Source: Candidatus Dormiibacterota bacterium
GTDB taxonomy: Bacteria > Chloroflexota > Dormibacteria > CF-121
Direction of reading: 5' to 3'
NCBI GenBank assembly: GCA_035279665.1
Contig: DATEHI010000152.1
Coordinates: forward strand, 69,835 to 133,834
DNA length: 64,000 nucleotides
In this document: piece by piece, positions 47,122 to 56,791 of the stretch
Layout: each line of letters starts with the position of its first letter
Numbering within the stretch: the first letter of the stretch is position 1
Notes under the pieces: model-generated
What the model was told of the DNA's origin: nothing
What the model saw: only the letters and a program-made list of their open reading frames with translations
Database searches by the model: none
Program-made: the position numbers and the translations under genes

Positions 47122-49468
47122 GGAACTCACCGTCGTCGGCAAGTCGCTGACCAAGCCCGACGCGTTCGCCAAGGTCAGCGGCCAAACCAAGTTCGCCGAC
47201 GACCTCGCGCTGCCGCGCATGCTCTTCGGCCGGATTCTCCGCAGCCCGCACCCGCACGCGCGAATCCTGCGTGTCGACACCGGCCGGGCTCGGGCGCTCC
47301 CCGGCGTGCTCGCGGTGCTCACCGGTGACGACCTGCCCATCAAGTTCGGCATCCTGCCGGTCAGCCAGGATGAGGAAGCGCTCGCCCGCGAGAAGGTCCG
47401 CTACGTCGGCGATCCCATCGCGGCGGTGGCGGCCACCGACGAGTGGATTGCCGATGAGGCGCTCGAGATGATCGAAGTGCAGTTTCAGGCGTTGCCGCAG
47501 TTCATGTCGATCGACGAGGCCATTAGCGGTGCTGGCGAGCCGATCCACGGCATCTCCAACGTGCACAAGGCCGTGGCCCTCGAGTTTGGCGACACCGACG
47601 AAGCCATGCGCACCGCCGCGCACGTTCGGGAGGATGTCGTCTTCTTCGAGGGCAACACGCACCTGCCCATGGAGCAGCACGCGGCCCTCGCCCAGTATGC
47701 GGCGGACGGCAAGCTCACGCTGTGGACCTCGTCGCAGACGCCGCATTACGTGCACCGCGCTCTGGGCAAAGTGCTGGAGCTGCCGATGAGCCGCATCCGC
47801 GTGATCGCCACCCCCAACGGGGGCGGCTTTGGCGGCAAGAGCGACATCTTCTCGCACGAGCTGGTGGCCGCCAAGCTGGCGATCGTCACCGGGCGGCCGG
47901 TCAAGATCACCCTGACGCGTGAGGAAGTCTTCTACGCCCACCGCGGGCGCCATCCCGTCCTGATGAAGGTCAAGACCGGTCTCACGAAAGATGGCCGCAT
48001 CACGGCCCTGCAATTCCGCAGCTTCCTCGACGGCGGCGGCTATGGCAGCTATGGCGTGGCCAGCACCTACTACACCGGCGCCCTCCAGGCGTTGACCTAT
48101 GCCATTCCGCGATATCGATTCGAGGGTGTCCGACTGTTCACGAACAAGCCTCCCTGTGGCCCCAAGCGAGGGCATGGCACACCGCAGCCGCGATTCGCCC
48201 TGGAGACCCACTTCGACAAAGTTGCGGAAGAGCTCGGCCTCGATCCGGTCGAACTGCGGCGGCGCAACCTACCTTCGCCGGACTCGCGCACGGTCAACTG
48301 GCTGCGGATCACGAGCTTCGGGTTGGAGGCGTGCATTAATAAGGTTGTCGAGGGCTCCGGATTCCTCGAGCGCCGCAGGTCCATGCCGCACGGCCGCGGT
48401 CTCGGCTTCGCGGTCAGCTCCTACCTGAGCGGCGCCGGCACCGCCATCTACTGGAACGACATGCCGCACTCCGAGGTGCAGCTCAAGCTCGACCGCAACG
48501 GCGGCGTGGCCCTGCTCTGCGGCGCGATCGACATCGGCCAGGGTTCCGACCACATCCTGGCCGCCATAGTGGCCGAGGTTCTTGGCGTCGGGCTGGAGGA
48601 CATCCAGCTCACGACCGCCGATACGGACCTGACACCGATCGATCTGGGCAGCTACTCCTCGCGCGTCACGTTCATGGCGGGGAACGCCGCGAAAGCCGCG
48701 GCCGAGAAGGTGCGAGCCCAGTTGTTCGAAGCGGCGGCGAAGGCCTTGCAGTGCGATGCGGACGACCTGGTCGCGCGCGATCGCCGAGTCTTTCGGCGAA
48801 ACCGGCCGCAGGAAGGTGTGCCATTCGCGCAGGCGGTCCAGCTCGCCGAGGCACACGGTGGCGTGGTCACCGCCACCGGCAGCTACACCCCGCCCAAGCT
48901 GGCCGGTCCCTACAAGGGATCCGGCGTCGGCCCCAGCCCGGCCTACTCCTTCTCCGCGGCCGTCGTCGAGGTCGACTGCGACGTCAAGACCGGCGAGGTC
49001 CGCGTGCCCGAGGTCTGGGTCGCCCACGATATCGGTCGTGCCATCAACCCGGTGCTCGTCGTGGGCCAGGTCGAGGGCAGTGTGTACATGGCCCTGGGCG
49101 AGGCGCTGATGGAGGAGCAGACGTTTCGGCTTGGCTTGCACAAGTTCCCCTCGCTGCTCGAGTACAAGAGCCCGACCGCGCTGGAGGCGCCGGTGATGCA
49201 CACCTACCTGGTGGAGACGCTCGACCGCGAGGGACCCTTCGGCGCCAAAGAGGCGGGACAGGGGCCACTGCTACCGGTGATCCCGGCGGTGGCGAACGCC
49301 ATCTACAACGCACTCGGGGTCCGCATCGACGAGGTGCCGATCACGCCGGACAAGGTCCTCAAGGCCATGAGCGACAAGAGCAAGCGTGTCGGGCCCAGGT
49401 CGACGCCTGCTTTCGAGTTCCCGGCACTCATCAAGGCCGACGTGCCTGAGGAGTGGAAAGGGAAATAG
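47114..49468 (+). CDS. molybdopterin-binding large subunit (xanthine dehydrogenase family, HcrA-like)
   Basis: 784 aa with a/b-hammerhead and Mo-cofactor-binding domains (GGGFGGK, AKEAGQGP). Overlaps the small-subunit stop. Confidence 0.9.
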   Translation: MTEELTVVGKSLTKPDAFAKVSGQTKFADDLALPRMLFGRILRSPHPHARILRVDTGRARALPGVLAVLTGDDLPIKFGILPVSQDEEALAREKVRYVGDPIAAVAATDEWIADEALEMIEVQFQALPQFMSIDEAISGAGEPIHGISNVHKAVALEFGDTDEAMRTAAHVREDVVFFEGNTHLPMEQHAALAQYAADGKLTLWTSSQTPHYVHRALGKVLELPMSRIRVIATPNGGGFGGKSDIFSHELVAAKLAIVTGRPVKITLTREEVFYAHRGRHPVLMKVKTGLTKDGRITALQFRSFLDGGGYGSYGVASTYYTGALQALTYAIPRYRFEGVRLFTNKPPCGPKRGHGTPQPRFALETHFDKVAEELGLDPVELRRRNLPSPDSRTVNWLRITSFGLEACINKVVEGSGFLERRRSMPHGRGLGFAVSSYLSGAGTAIYWNDMPHSEVQLKLDRNGGVALLCGAIDIGQGSDHILAAIVAEVLGVGLEDIQLTTADTDLTPIDLGSYSSRVTFMAGNAAKAAAEKVRAQLFEAAAKALQCDADDLVARDRRVFRRNRPQEGVPFAQAVQLAEAHGGVVTATGSYTPPKLAGPYKGSGVGPSPAYSFSAAVVEVDCDVKTGEVRVPEVWVAHDIGRAINPVLVVGQVEGSVYMALGEALMEEQTFRLGLHKFPSLLEYKSPTALEAPVMHTYLVETLDREGPFGAKEAGQGPLLPVIPAVANAIYNALGVRIDEVPITPDKVLKAMSDKSKRVGPRSTPAFEFPALIKADVPEEWKGK

Positions 49469-50494
49469 ATGCTGCGCCTTCCCCGACTGCAGTACCTCCG
49501 TCCGCGATCCATCGCGGAGGCGACGGAGCTGGCGGCTCAGAACCCGGGCGCGATGTTCATCGCCGGCGGCACCGACCTGGTGCCCAACCTGAAGCGGCGG
49601 CAGTTCGACGTCACGACGCTGATCAGCCTCAATGCGCTGCCGGACGGCCGTCTAATCGAGGGTGATGTCAAGAACGGGGTGACGATCGGCGCCGGCGCGA
49701 CGCTCGATGAGGTGGCGCATCGCGATCTGCTCGCCGGCGCGTTTCGCGCGCTGGCCCAGGCCTGCGGGTCGGTTTCAACGCCCCAGGTGCGCTACATGGG
49801 CACGCTGGGGGGCAACCTCCTGGTCGACCCTCGCTGCAACTATTACAACCAGACTCATTCATGGCGGAAGGCGGTCGGCTTCTGCATGAAGAAGGACGGT
49901 GACATCTGCCTGGTGGCGCGTAGCTCGCCGCGCTGCTGGGCGGTGTCGTCATCGGACAGTGCGCCGGCGGCGCTCGCCCTGAATGCCGAGGTCACGCTCC
50001 AGGGTGTGCAGGGCACGCACCGCATGGCGGCCGCTGCACTCTATAAGGACGACGGGATGGAGTACACGACGAAGCGACCCGATGAGGTGATCACCGCGGT
50101 GCATCTCCCCGCCGTACGTGGGCGGATGACGAGCGCCTACTGGAAGCTGCGCCGCCGGCCGGCTTTTGACTTCCCTATTCTCGGTGTCGCCGTCGCGATC
50201 GGCTGGGACGACGGCGTGGTGCGCGAGGCTCGTGGGGCGTTGGGCGCAGTCGGCTCCCATCCGGTGGATATCACCGCCTTCCTCGGACCGCTTCGGGGCG
50301 AGCGCCCGGCCGATGACCTGATCGCCGAGGTCGCGGAGGCCGCCGACAAGCCGTCGCGGCCGCTCGACAATACCGACCTGAGCCACTACTGGCGCAAGCG
50401 CATGAGCAAGGTCTACATCGAGCGCGCCCTGCGCGATGCCTGCGGGCTCGATCCGCTCGCGGGGCGCCTTACAGCACAAGTTGCCAGTCGGTAG
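49469..50494 (+). CDS. FAD-binding medium subunit with four-Cys insertion (HcrB-like)
   Basis: IAGGTDL FAD motif. Insertion C-x15-C-x7-C-x8-C (PRCNYYNQTHSWRKAVGFCMKKDGDICLVARSSPRCW). Confidence 0.8.
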   Translation: MLRLPRLQYLRPRSIAEATELAAQNPGAMFIAGGTDLVPNLKRRQFDVTTLISLNALPDGRLIEGDVKNGVTIGAGATLDEVAHRDLLAGAFRALAQACGSVSTPQVRYMGTLGGNLLVDPRCNYYNQTHSWRKAVGFCMKKDGDICLVARSSPRCWAVSSSDSAPAALALNAEVTLQGVQGTHRMAAAALYKDDGMEYTTKRPDEVITAVHLPAVRGRMTSAYWKLRRRPAFDFPILGVAVAIGWDDGVVREARGALGAVGSHPVDITAFLGPLRGERPADDLIAEVAEAADKPSRPLDNTDLSHYWRKRMSKVYIERALRDACGLDPLAGRLTAQVASR

Positions 50495-50563
50495 CAGACC
50501 GGCCACGGTTACGCTGCGTCCAAACCGTCAGTCACGGTGGCGCGTTGCGTTATACCTGTTGCG

Positions 50564-50920
50564 ATGAACAAACTACGAGCACTCCTTGTCGCGGCCGCCC
50601 TTCTCACAGCCGCCTGTGGCACAGCGACCATATCGGGTTCGCAGGTCAAATCGATATCGAGCTCGGGTACCGTCCGCGTCGCCGCCGGGGCGAATGCGGG
50701 CACCACCGCTGCCGGCGCCAACGACGACCTGGGCCGTCCGAATCCGCCCGTTCATAGGGGCGCAACAGTCCCGGTGACGCAGGCGCCGACGACGAACGGC
50801 ACGACGCCGTCCGCCATAGGGCGCGACCGTTGCTCTGACGGATTCCCGGCGAGCAGCGGAGCAGGCACCAGGAACGGTGCCCCAGGCAAGCGCCTGCTGC
50901 CGGCGTGCGCCGCCCAGTAG
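50564..50920 (+). CDS. small lipoprotein (hypothetical)
   Basis: MNKLRALLVAAALLTAAC lipobox. Low-complexity mature part. Confidence 0.5.
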   Translation: MNKLRALLVAAALLTAACGTATISGSQVKSISSSGTVRVAAGANAGTTAAGANDDLGRPNPPVHRGATVPVTQAPTTNGTTPSAIGRDRCSDGFPASSGAGTRNGAPGKRLLPACAAQ

Positions 50921-50940
50921 ACCCCGCTTAACGAACGAAA

Positions 50941-50962
50941 GAGGGCGCCGTCAGGCGCCCTC
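50941..50962. terminator. intrinsic terminator hairpin (T-tract on minus strand)
   Basis: GAGGGCGCC-GTCA-GGCGCCCTC, a perfect 9-bp stem. The minus-strand reading is followed by TTTCGTTCGTT. Lies between convergent genes. Confidence 0.65.
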
Positions 50963-50987
50963 CTGGTTGATCGCGGGTCAGTTGTGC

Positions 50988-53099
50988 CTAGTCGCCACCA
51001 CCCTGGTCCCGGTCATCCTCCCTCGAGCTGGTTGGAATTCGCAGGATGGCGGTGTACGCGTCCTGATCGTTGGCGCGCGGCGCATTCGTCGCGCTCCCAG
51101 TGCAGATCTGCGGCGGGTTAGCCGGCGTCGCCGTGCCCGGGCAGAGGAACAACTCGGCGTTTCGGGTGTCACTCCACAGCGGGAGGGCCGTCTCCTGGAA
51201 GGCGGCGACCCCGGCGTAGTCGCCGAAGAAGAGCCCGCTGAACTGCGTCGGGGGAGGCATCGATGCCGACGTGGCGCGGATCGTTCCGAAGCACTGCTGG
51301 TCCGTGTTCGAGACCTCGCCGGCGCACGCGATATCGGAGGTCCCCGACAGGCTCACGTCCGAATAGCCGGTCATCTCGTCATTCCCGTACTGCCGGTCAT
51401 AGTAGGAAACGGCGAGCTTGCCGGACTTCGTGAACTCCTGCCATTGAAACCACTGGTCGGTGGTGCGCTGCTTCGGCTTATTGGTGACGCTCGGGAGTGC
51501 CCTCGGATCGGTTGTCGTGCCGGTAAAGGTGGCGCCGGCGTCCTCCGACACGCTGAGCAGAATGTCATTGTTGCAGGCGCCTGGCGTCTTGACGCCGATG
51601 TAGAGGTTGTTGCCAAACGGACTGAATCCGGCGGGGATGCAGCCGTTGCTCTCATTGGAATTGCGGTTGATGTACGAGCCGAAGGTCACCGCAATTTCAT
51701 TTGGCTTGTTGGGGTTGACGCTACCGGTGGGGTAGCTGCCCGCGCGGAAGTACGAGTTGGTCGTAGCTCCCTTTTCGGGAACACACGCGCGGCCGGCATC
51801 TTTGTGCTGATAGGTGAAGCAGTCGGGAAGGTCGTAATAGTCGGACACCTTGACCGGTGGACTGAAGGTCTGCCCACCATCGGTCGACTTCACCAGCAAC
51901 ACCTGGTTGCGGTTGTCGGCGCCTCTCACGGCGTTATTGAAGTTGGAGAAGACGATGTAGTAGGCACCATCTGGTCCGGTGAATGGATTGGCGAAGCTTT
52001 GCACGTCGCAGGTTCCCGGGTCTCCTACCGAGACGGGGCAGAGGCTCGATGTCGTGACGGCGGCCACCCGGTTGCTGAAGTTCTGGCCATAGTCGTTGGA
52101 GAACGACGAGTAAATGATCCCCGCGCCAGCGGCGGTGAACTCGGTGTAAGCGACGTACACGCGGTCCTGGAAGGGGCTCCCGACATGGTTGTCAACGGTC
52201 ATGTACGGCTTGTCCTCGAACGGCTTGCCATTGGGGGCGCCCGTACCCGTGACCGGGTTCGTTCCGGCCAGGTCGGCGGTTTCGATGATGGGATGGCCCG
52301 GGAAGTTCCACGAGGCGCCGGCGTTCTTGGTGGATCGATACACGTAGATGGCACTTGACGCATCGGTCACCGCCGTGGTCGACGGCCCGCGCTGGAATAC
52401 CTGGCAGGTCATGTACGCGTTGCCCTTCGTATCCCACGCGACCGATGGGTCGCCGCCGGCCTCCCAGTACTGGCGCGCAGCGTCAAACGCACCGCCACGG
52501 GTGAAGGAGTTGGGGATGATCGAGTACCCCCAGGTGTGCCCTCCATCGAGGCTGAAGGCGCCGATGCAGCCGCCGTCACCGCGCTGGTAGTTGTTGTAGA
52601 AGGCGACGAGATGGTTCGGGTTATTGGGGTCCGCCGCGATTGTCGTCTCGTTCTGCGCCTGGCCACGTCCCTGCAAGTCGGCGTCGGTCAGGTTTTGACA
52701 ATCGGGGTTGACCTTGATGTTGCCCTGCGCACCGTCTCCCTGACCGAACGAGCCTGATGGACAGCCCTGGCTGCTGGATGGGAAATAGTTGGCGGGCCGT
52801 CCTCCCTGACCACTGCTCGAGGAGTAACTGCTCGGGCCGACTGTCAGGCTTTCTTCCGAGGAGCCGGCATCGCTGCCGCCCGGCTGGGCTTGCGGGTTCA
52901 GCGTTCCCGTCAGCGCGAGCGTTCCAACGCTGGAGAGAATACGTTTTTGCAGGGCCGTCATCTTCGCGTACATGCCAGCCTGCACCGGCAGGGGCATGGC
53001 CGCGGGTTGCCATAGCAACATCCCGGCCAGCGGGAGCGCGGCCAGAAGCCGCAGATATCGGTATCTCACTTTTGCCTCCGTGTTTGCCATGTGCCGCAC
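50988..53099 (-). CDS. secreted BNR/Asp-box beta-propeller protein (sialidase-superfamily-like)
   Basis: Signal peptide. Asp-boxes SLDGGHTW, STDGGQTF, SEDAGATF. Start is either 53099 or Met at 53090. Confidence 0.75.
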   Translation of the reverse strand: MRHMANTEAKVRYRYLRLLAALPLAGMLLWQPAAMPLPVQAGMYAKMTALQKRILSSVGTLALTGTLNPQAQPGGSDAGSSEESLTVGPSSYSSSSGQGGRPANYFPSSSQGCPSGSFGQGDGAQGNIKVNPDCQNLTDADLQGRGQAQNETTIAADPNNPNHLVAFYNNYQRGDGGCIGAFSLDGGHTWGYSIIPNSFTRGGAFDAARQYWEAGGDPSVAWDTKGNAYMTCQVFQRGPSTTAVTDASSAIYVYRSTKNAGASWNFPGHPIIETADLAGTNPVTGTGAPNGKPFEDKPYMTVDNHVGSPFQDRVYVAYTEFTAAGAGIIYSSFSNDYGQNFSNRVAAVTTSSLCPVSVGDPGTCDVQSFANPFTGPDGAYYIVFSNFNNAVRGADNRNQVLLVKSTDGGQTFSPPVKVSDYYDLPDCFTYQHKDAGRACVPEKGATTNSYFRAGSYPTGSVNPNKPNEIAVTFGSYINRNSNESNGCIPAGFSPFGNNLYIGVKTPGACNNDILLSVSEDAGATFTGTTTDPRALPSVTNKPKQRTTDQWFQWQEFTKSGKLAVSYYDRQYGNDEMTGYSDVSLSGTSDIACAGEVSNTDQQCFGTIRATSASMPPPTQFSGLFFGDYAGVAAFQETALPLWSDTRNAELFLCPGTATPANPPQICTGSATNAPRANDQDAYTAILRIPTSSREDDRDQGGGD

Positions 53100-53194
53100 G
53101 AGGCGGCTGCCGTTGACGTCGACACAAGCCGACAGCCTCGAACCGCCGTGCCAGGGCGCTGGGCGATTTCCCTCCCAAGGAAAACGAAAGAACG

Positions 53195-53212
53195 GTTAAT
53201 CCCCGTAAAACC
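53195..53212 (+). promoter_or_regulatory. Pho-box-like phased heptamers upstream of the 703-aa BNR gene
   Basis: GTTAATC (53195-53201) and TAAAACC (53206-53212), 11-bp spacing, about 100 bp upstream of the start at 53099. Confidence 0.25.
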
Positions 53213-53329
53213 GAACGGGTTCATAGTGAACCGTCAAGTCACGGGGTGTCAAGCCTCCCCCGCTGTCAGTTTTGAGCGCTCGTATCGGCCTGACGGGGCG
53301 GGCTCCTCGTGGCCTGGCCAGAGCGCCGG

Positions 53330-53659
53330 CTACCTTGACATGCAGGCCGGGGACGTTTCCTGGTGCGGGCGGCAGCTGCGCTGACCTTCGGAGTTCGTCC
53401 TTACGTCTCGGGCGGCGCCGCCCCGCACCGGCGCTACTGCTGCAGGCATGCCTCTGCTTGACGGGCTTTGGACGCCCGCCGGGCTCTCAGGTTGCCCTCC
53501 TTCGGCGGTGCCTGCATTATCCCCAGCTGCCGGGGGCTCACGCGTAAGCGCGCCACTGGAAACGCCGACCACAGGTCCTTCGGTCTTCGGGTTCGAGGTC
53601 GGAGCGGCGCAGGCGCAAAGTGCGATGATCGCGGCGCCCACCGCGAGCAGTTTCCTCAT
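53330..53659 (-). CDS. small lipoprotein (hypothetical)
   Basis: MRKLLAVGAAIIALCAC lipobox. Low-complexity remainder. Confidence 0.4.
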   Translation of the reverse strand: MRKLLAVGAAIIALCACAAPTSNPKTEGPVVGVSSGALTREPPAAGDNAGTAEGGQPESPAGVQSPSSRGMPAAVAPVRGGAARDVRTNSEGQRSCRPHQETSPACMSR

Positions 53660-53727
53660 CTGCTATGTATAACGGGCGCTCACGGAGCCTCTGACGGGCC
53701 CTTTACTTAACACGCCTTCACAGGCTG

Positions 53728-53756
53728 TTGACGGGAGTCTTCCCGCGGCGTATTGT
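53728..53756 (+). promoter_or_regulatory. sigma-70-like promoter candidate for the 981-aa BNR gene
   Basis: TTGACG (53728-53733), 17-bp spacer, TATTGT (53751-53756). About 65 nt upstream of the TTG start, which is preceded by GGAGGGAAGGAG. Confidence 0.45.
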
Positions 53757-53822
53757 CAGCTCGCTCGGGCTCGAGCGGGCCCGGTTTTCTGTCGAGTCAG
53801 GTTCACCGGAGGGAAGGAGAAG

Positions 53823-56768
53823 TTGGTAGTAGATCCACGAAGCACACGTGCCCGCCTGTTTACTCGTATCGGCGCGCTCGCGACTGGCGTCGTTATCGTC
53901 TGGGCAGTCGCCGCCGCCAGCCAGCCGGCCTCGCTAAGCCGGCAAGGGACCCTTGGCCTCTCGCAGGAGCGCCTCAACCAGGTGAAGGCGGTCCTCAAGG
54001 ACTCGCCGTTCAATGCGGCGGAGGAGCAGTACCTGAACCGTGCGCTCCCCAACACGACGATCTCGATCGATCAGGCCTTGAAAGCGACGCAGTCGTTCGG
54101 CGACGTCCAGAACCAGGGGAACGAGCACGGCGACCAGAACGGTAACGGCGGCTGGCAGCTGATCGGCCCCACCGTGGGGACCGTCCCTGGTCCGGTCACC
54201 TACACTGGCCGGGCGAGCATCGACTCCGGTCGCGTGACGTCGCTCGCGATTGCCCCGACCTGCGTCCCGGGCGACTGCCGCCTGTATGTCGGCGCAGCCG
54301 GCGGCGGCGTATGGATCACCGATGATGCCCTCGCTGTCCCGGCTCGCTGGCGCTCCTCCTCAGCAGGAATGCAGTCCAACTCGATCGGATCGATCACAAT
54401 CGACCCCTCGGATCGCAGCGGCCGTACGGTTTACGCCGGAACGGGTGAACCTAACGGCTCGACCGACTCCGAGGCCGGGATCGGCCTTTACAAGTCGACC
54501 AACGGCGGGCAGTCGTGGCGGCTGGTGCAGGGGAGCGTGGCCGTCAGCCGCGACCGCAGCATCGCCGCCGTCGCCGTCGATCCGAACAACGCAAAGCATC
54601 TGCTCATCGGTACCGCGGTCGCACGGCACGGCCACTCGGCGGTCTACGGCGGGAGGCATACACCACCTGGCGCGCCCCCGATCGGCATCTACGAGTCGTC
54701 AAACGCTGGGCGAACCTGGACGGCCGTACTGATCCTGCCGCAGGACACCACGACCGCCAGTACCAGCGGCGGCGACTTCTTCAAGGGCGGCATTTCCGAC
54801 ATTCAGCTCGACAAGCTCAACCCGACGACGGTCTACGCGGCAACCTTCGTGTTCGGCGTCTACCGCCGAGCTCCGAGCATCGACGGCGACACGACCTTCC
54901 ACCAGATCCTGTCGGGTAACGATGAAACCACGCCGTTCGCCACCCAGGTTGAGCGCGCGGCTATCGCTGTGACGGTGAAGAACGGCCACACCCGCGTCTA
55001 CGCGGGACTCGGAAACGGGGCCACCGCCGACTCCAACCTCTGGCGGGCTGATAACGCGGACCAACCGGCCGCAGCGCTGCTCGCCTCGAAGGCGGTCGGC
55101 ACCGGAGCGGGTGGTCTGTGGAAAAATCTTTCCAATCCGGCGCCGGGAACGCCGGGGTTCGCCTCCTTCAACTGGTGCAGCGGGCAGTGCTCCTACGACA
55201 TGCCGGTCGCGTCACCGCCCGGCAATCCGGACGCCGTCTGGATTGGCGGTCAGATGCAATACGACGATATCGGCCAGGGCGCCATTGGTGCGCCGAGTCC
55301 TTCCAACGGACGCACCATCCAGCGCTCGGTCGACGGCGGTGCGAGCTTCACCGACATGACGAACGACACCCTATCGCCGCCGCTCGGCATGCATCCGGAT
55401 CAGCATGCGATCGTCTTCGCCTCCTCCAATCCCGACATCGCGTTCCTCGGGTCGGACGGTGGCGTGGTGCGCACCAGCGGGCAATTCGCCGATATGTCGA
55501 GCACCTGCAGCGATCCCAAGCGCAAGAACACCGGAACCGACCTGATCGACTGCCAGATGTGGCTGAAGGCGATCCCGACGCGGATCTTCACCTTGAACGC
55601 GGGCCTCGCCACGCTGCAGTACCAGCACGTTTCCATCAACCCGCAGAACCCGCGCAACGACGTGATGGGCGGTACCCAGGACAACGGGACCTGGGCCTGG
55701 AGTGGCTCACCGAACAGCTGGTTCGAATCGGTCGGCGGTGACGGTGGCCTCTCCGGCACCGACGTTGCCAATCCGAACATCCGAATCCACAGCTTCACTG
55801 GGACCGCCTCCGATACCAACTTCCACGGGACGGCGCCCTCCGGCTGGGACTTCAACGCCGGCCCAATGTTGGTCAGCCCTGAAAGCGGCGCCTTCTACTC
55901 GTCGTTCGAGATGGATCCGAGCGTGGGCGGGACCGTGTTCGCCGGCATGCAGCACGTGTGGCGCACGCAAGACAGCGGCGGCCCGCAGGCCTACCTTGAC
56001 GCGAACTGCAACGAGCTGGCCTACAACAACAACATTCCCACTAGCGTGGCCGCCACATGTGGCGACTGGGTCTCTCTCGGCGGAACTCAGTTCGACGACG
56101 CCGGGGACCTGACTGGTGCGGCGTACGGCGCCGACCGCACCGGGTTCTACGTCGTCGCGATCGCGCGGGCGGCGAGTGACCGGAACGTGATGTGGGTCGC
56201 GACCCGCCGGGGCCGCATCTTCGTCAGCACCAATGCACAGGCGCCGGCGGCAAATGTCCTCTACACGCGGATCGACACTCCCGCGACGCCTGGCCGGTTC
56301 GTCAGCAACATCGTGGTCGATCCGAAGGATGCCAACCACGCCTGGATCTCGTACTCGGGCTACAACGCCTTTACGCCGGCGACGCCCGGCCACGTGTTCG
56401 ATGTCCACTACAACCAGGGCACGGGCACCGCGAGCTTCACCGACCTCAGCTACAACCTCGGCGATCAGCCCATCACCGCGATTGCCCGCGACAACAAGAC
56501 CGGCAACCTGTATGCCGCGACCGACTTCGGTGTGCTCGAGCTCCATGCCGGCAAGACGGTGTGGCGGCAGGCGGCGTCCGGTCTTCCGCCGGTGTCGGTT
56601 TACAGCCTCAGCCTCTCGACGCAGGGTCGCGTGCTGTACGCCGGTACGCACGGCCGGAGCATTTACAAACTCGACCTGAGCGGCGACGTTGAAGACAACA
56701 ACGGCGGTGGCGGCGGTGGCGGCGGTGGCGGCGGTGACGGCGGTGGAGGTGACGGTAACCGGCGCTAG
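53823..56768 (+). CDS. large secreted multi-propeller BNR/Sortilin-VPS10-like protein with poly-Gly tail
   Basis: TTG start and signal peptide. YKSTNGGQSW, SVDGGASF Asp-box-like repeats, YVGAAGGGVW. Ends NNGGGGGGGGGGGDGGGGDGNRR. Confidence 0.75.
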   Translation: MVVDPRSTRARLFTRIGALATGVVIVWAVAAASQPASLSRQGTLGLSQERLNQVKAVLKDSPFNAAEEQYLNRALPNTTISIDQALKATQSFGDVQNQGNEHGDQNGNGGWQLIGPTVGTVPGPVTYTGRASIDSGRVTSLAIAPTCVPGDCRLYVGAAGGGVWITDDALAVPARWRSSSAGMQSNSIGSITIDPSDRSGRTVYAGTGEPNGSTDSEAGIGLYKSTNGGQSWRLVQGSVAVSRDRSIAAVAVDPNNAKHLLIGTAVARHGHSAVYGGRHTPPGAPPIGIYESSNAGRTWTAVLILPQDTTTASTSGGDFFKGGISDIQLDKLNPTTVYAATFVFGVYRRAPSIDGDTTFHQILSGNDETTPFATQVERAAIAVTVKNGHTRVYAGLGNGATADSNLWRADNADQPAAALLASKAVGTGAGGLWKNLSNPAPGTPGFASFNWCSGQCSYDMPVASPPGNPDAVWIGGQMQYDDIGQGAIGAPSPSNGRTIQRSVDGGASFTDMTNDTLSPPLGMHPDQHAIVFASSNPDIAFLGSDGGVVRTSGQFADMSSTCSDPKRKNTGTDLIDCQMWLKAIPTRIFTLNAGLATLQYQHVSINPQNPRNDVMGGTQDNGTWAWSGSPNSWFESVGGDGGLSGTDVANPNIRIHSFTGTASDTNFHGTAPSGWDFNAGPMLVSPESGAFYSSFEMDPSVGGTVFAGMQHVWRTQDSGGPQAYLDANCNELAYNNNIPTSVAATCGDWVSLGGTQFDDAGDLTGAAYGADRTGFYVVAIARAASDRNVMWVATRRGRIFVSTNAQAPAANVLYTRIDTPATPGRFVSNIVVDPKDANHAWISYSGYNAFTPATPGHVFDVHYNQGTGTASFTDLSYNLGDQPITAIARDNKTGNLYAATDFGVLELHAGKTVWRQAASGLPPVSVYSLSLSTQGRVLYAGTHGRSIYKLDLSGDVEDNNGGGGGGGGGGGDGGGGDGNRR
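56703..56756 (+). repeat. (GGCGGT)n simple-sequence repeat encoding poly-Gly
   Basis: Read directly at the 3' end of the 981-aa gene. Confidence 0.85.
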
Positions 56769-56791
56769 TTGATTCACTAACCAGGTCGTAC

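Noticed and set aside
56690-56760. A possible CRISPR-like or minisatellite array suggested by the periodic GGCGGT signal. The same question applies to 30181..30258.
   Set aside because: The units are 6 and 18 bp with no spacers, and both tracts lie inside coding sequence where they encode Gly or Pro/Thr runs. They are simple tandem repeats, not CRISPR.
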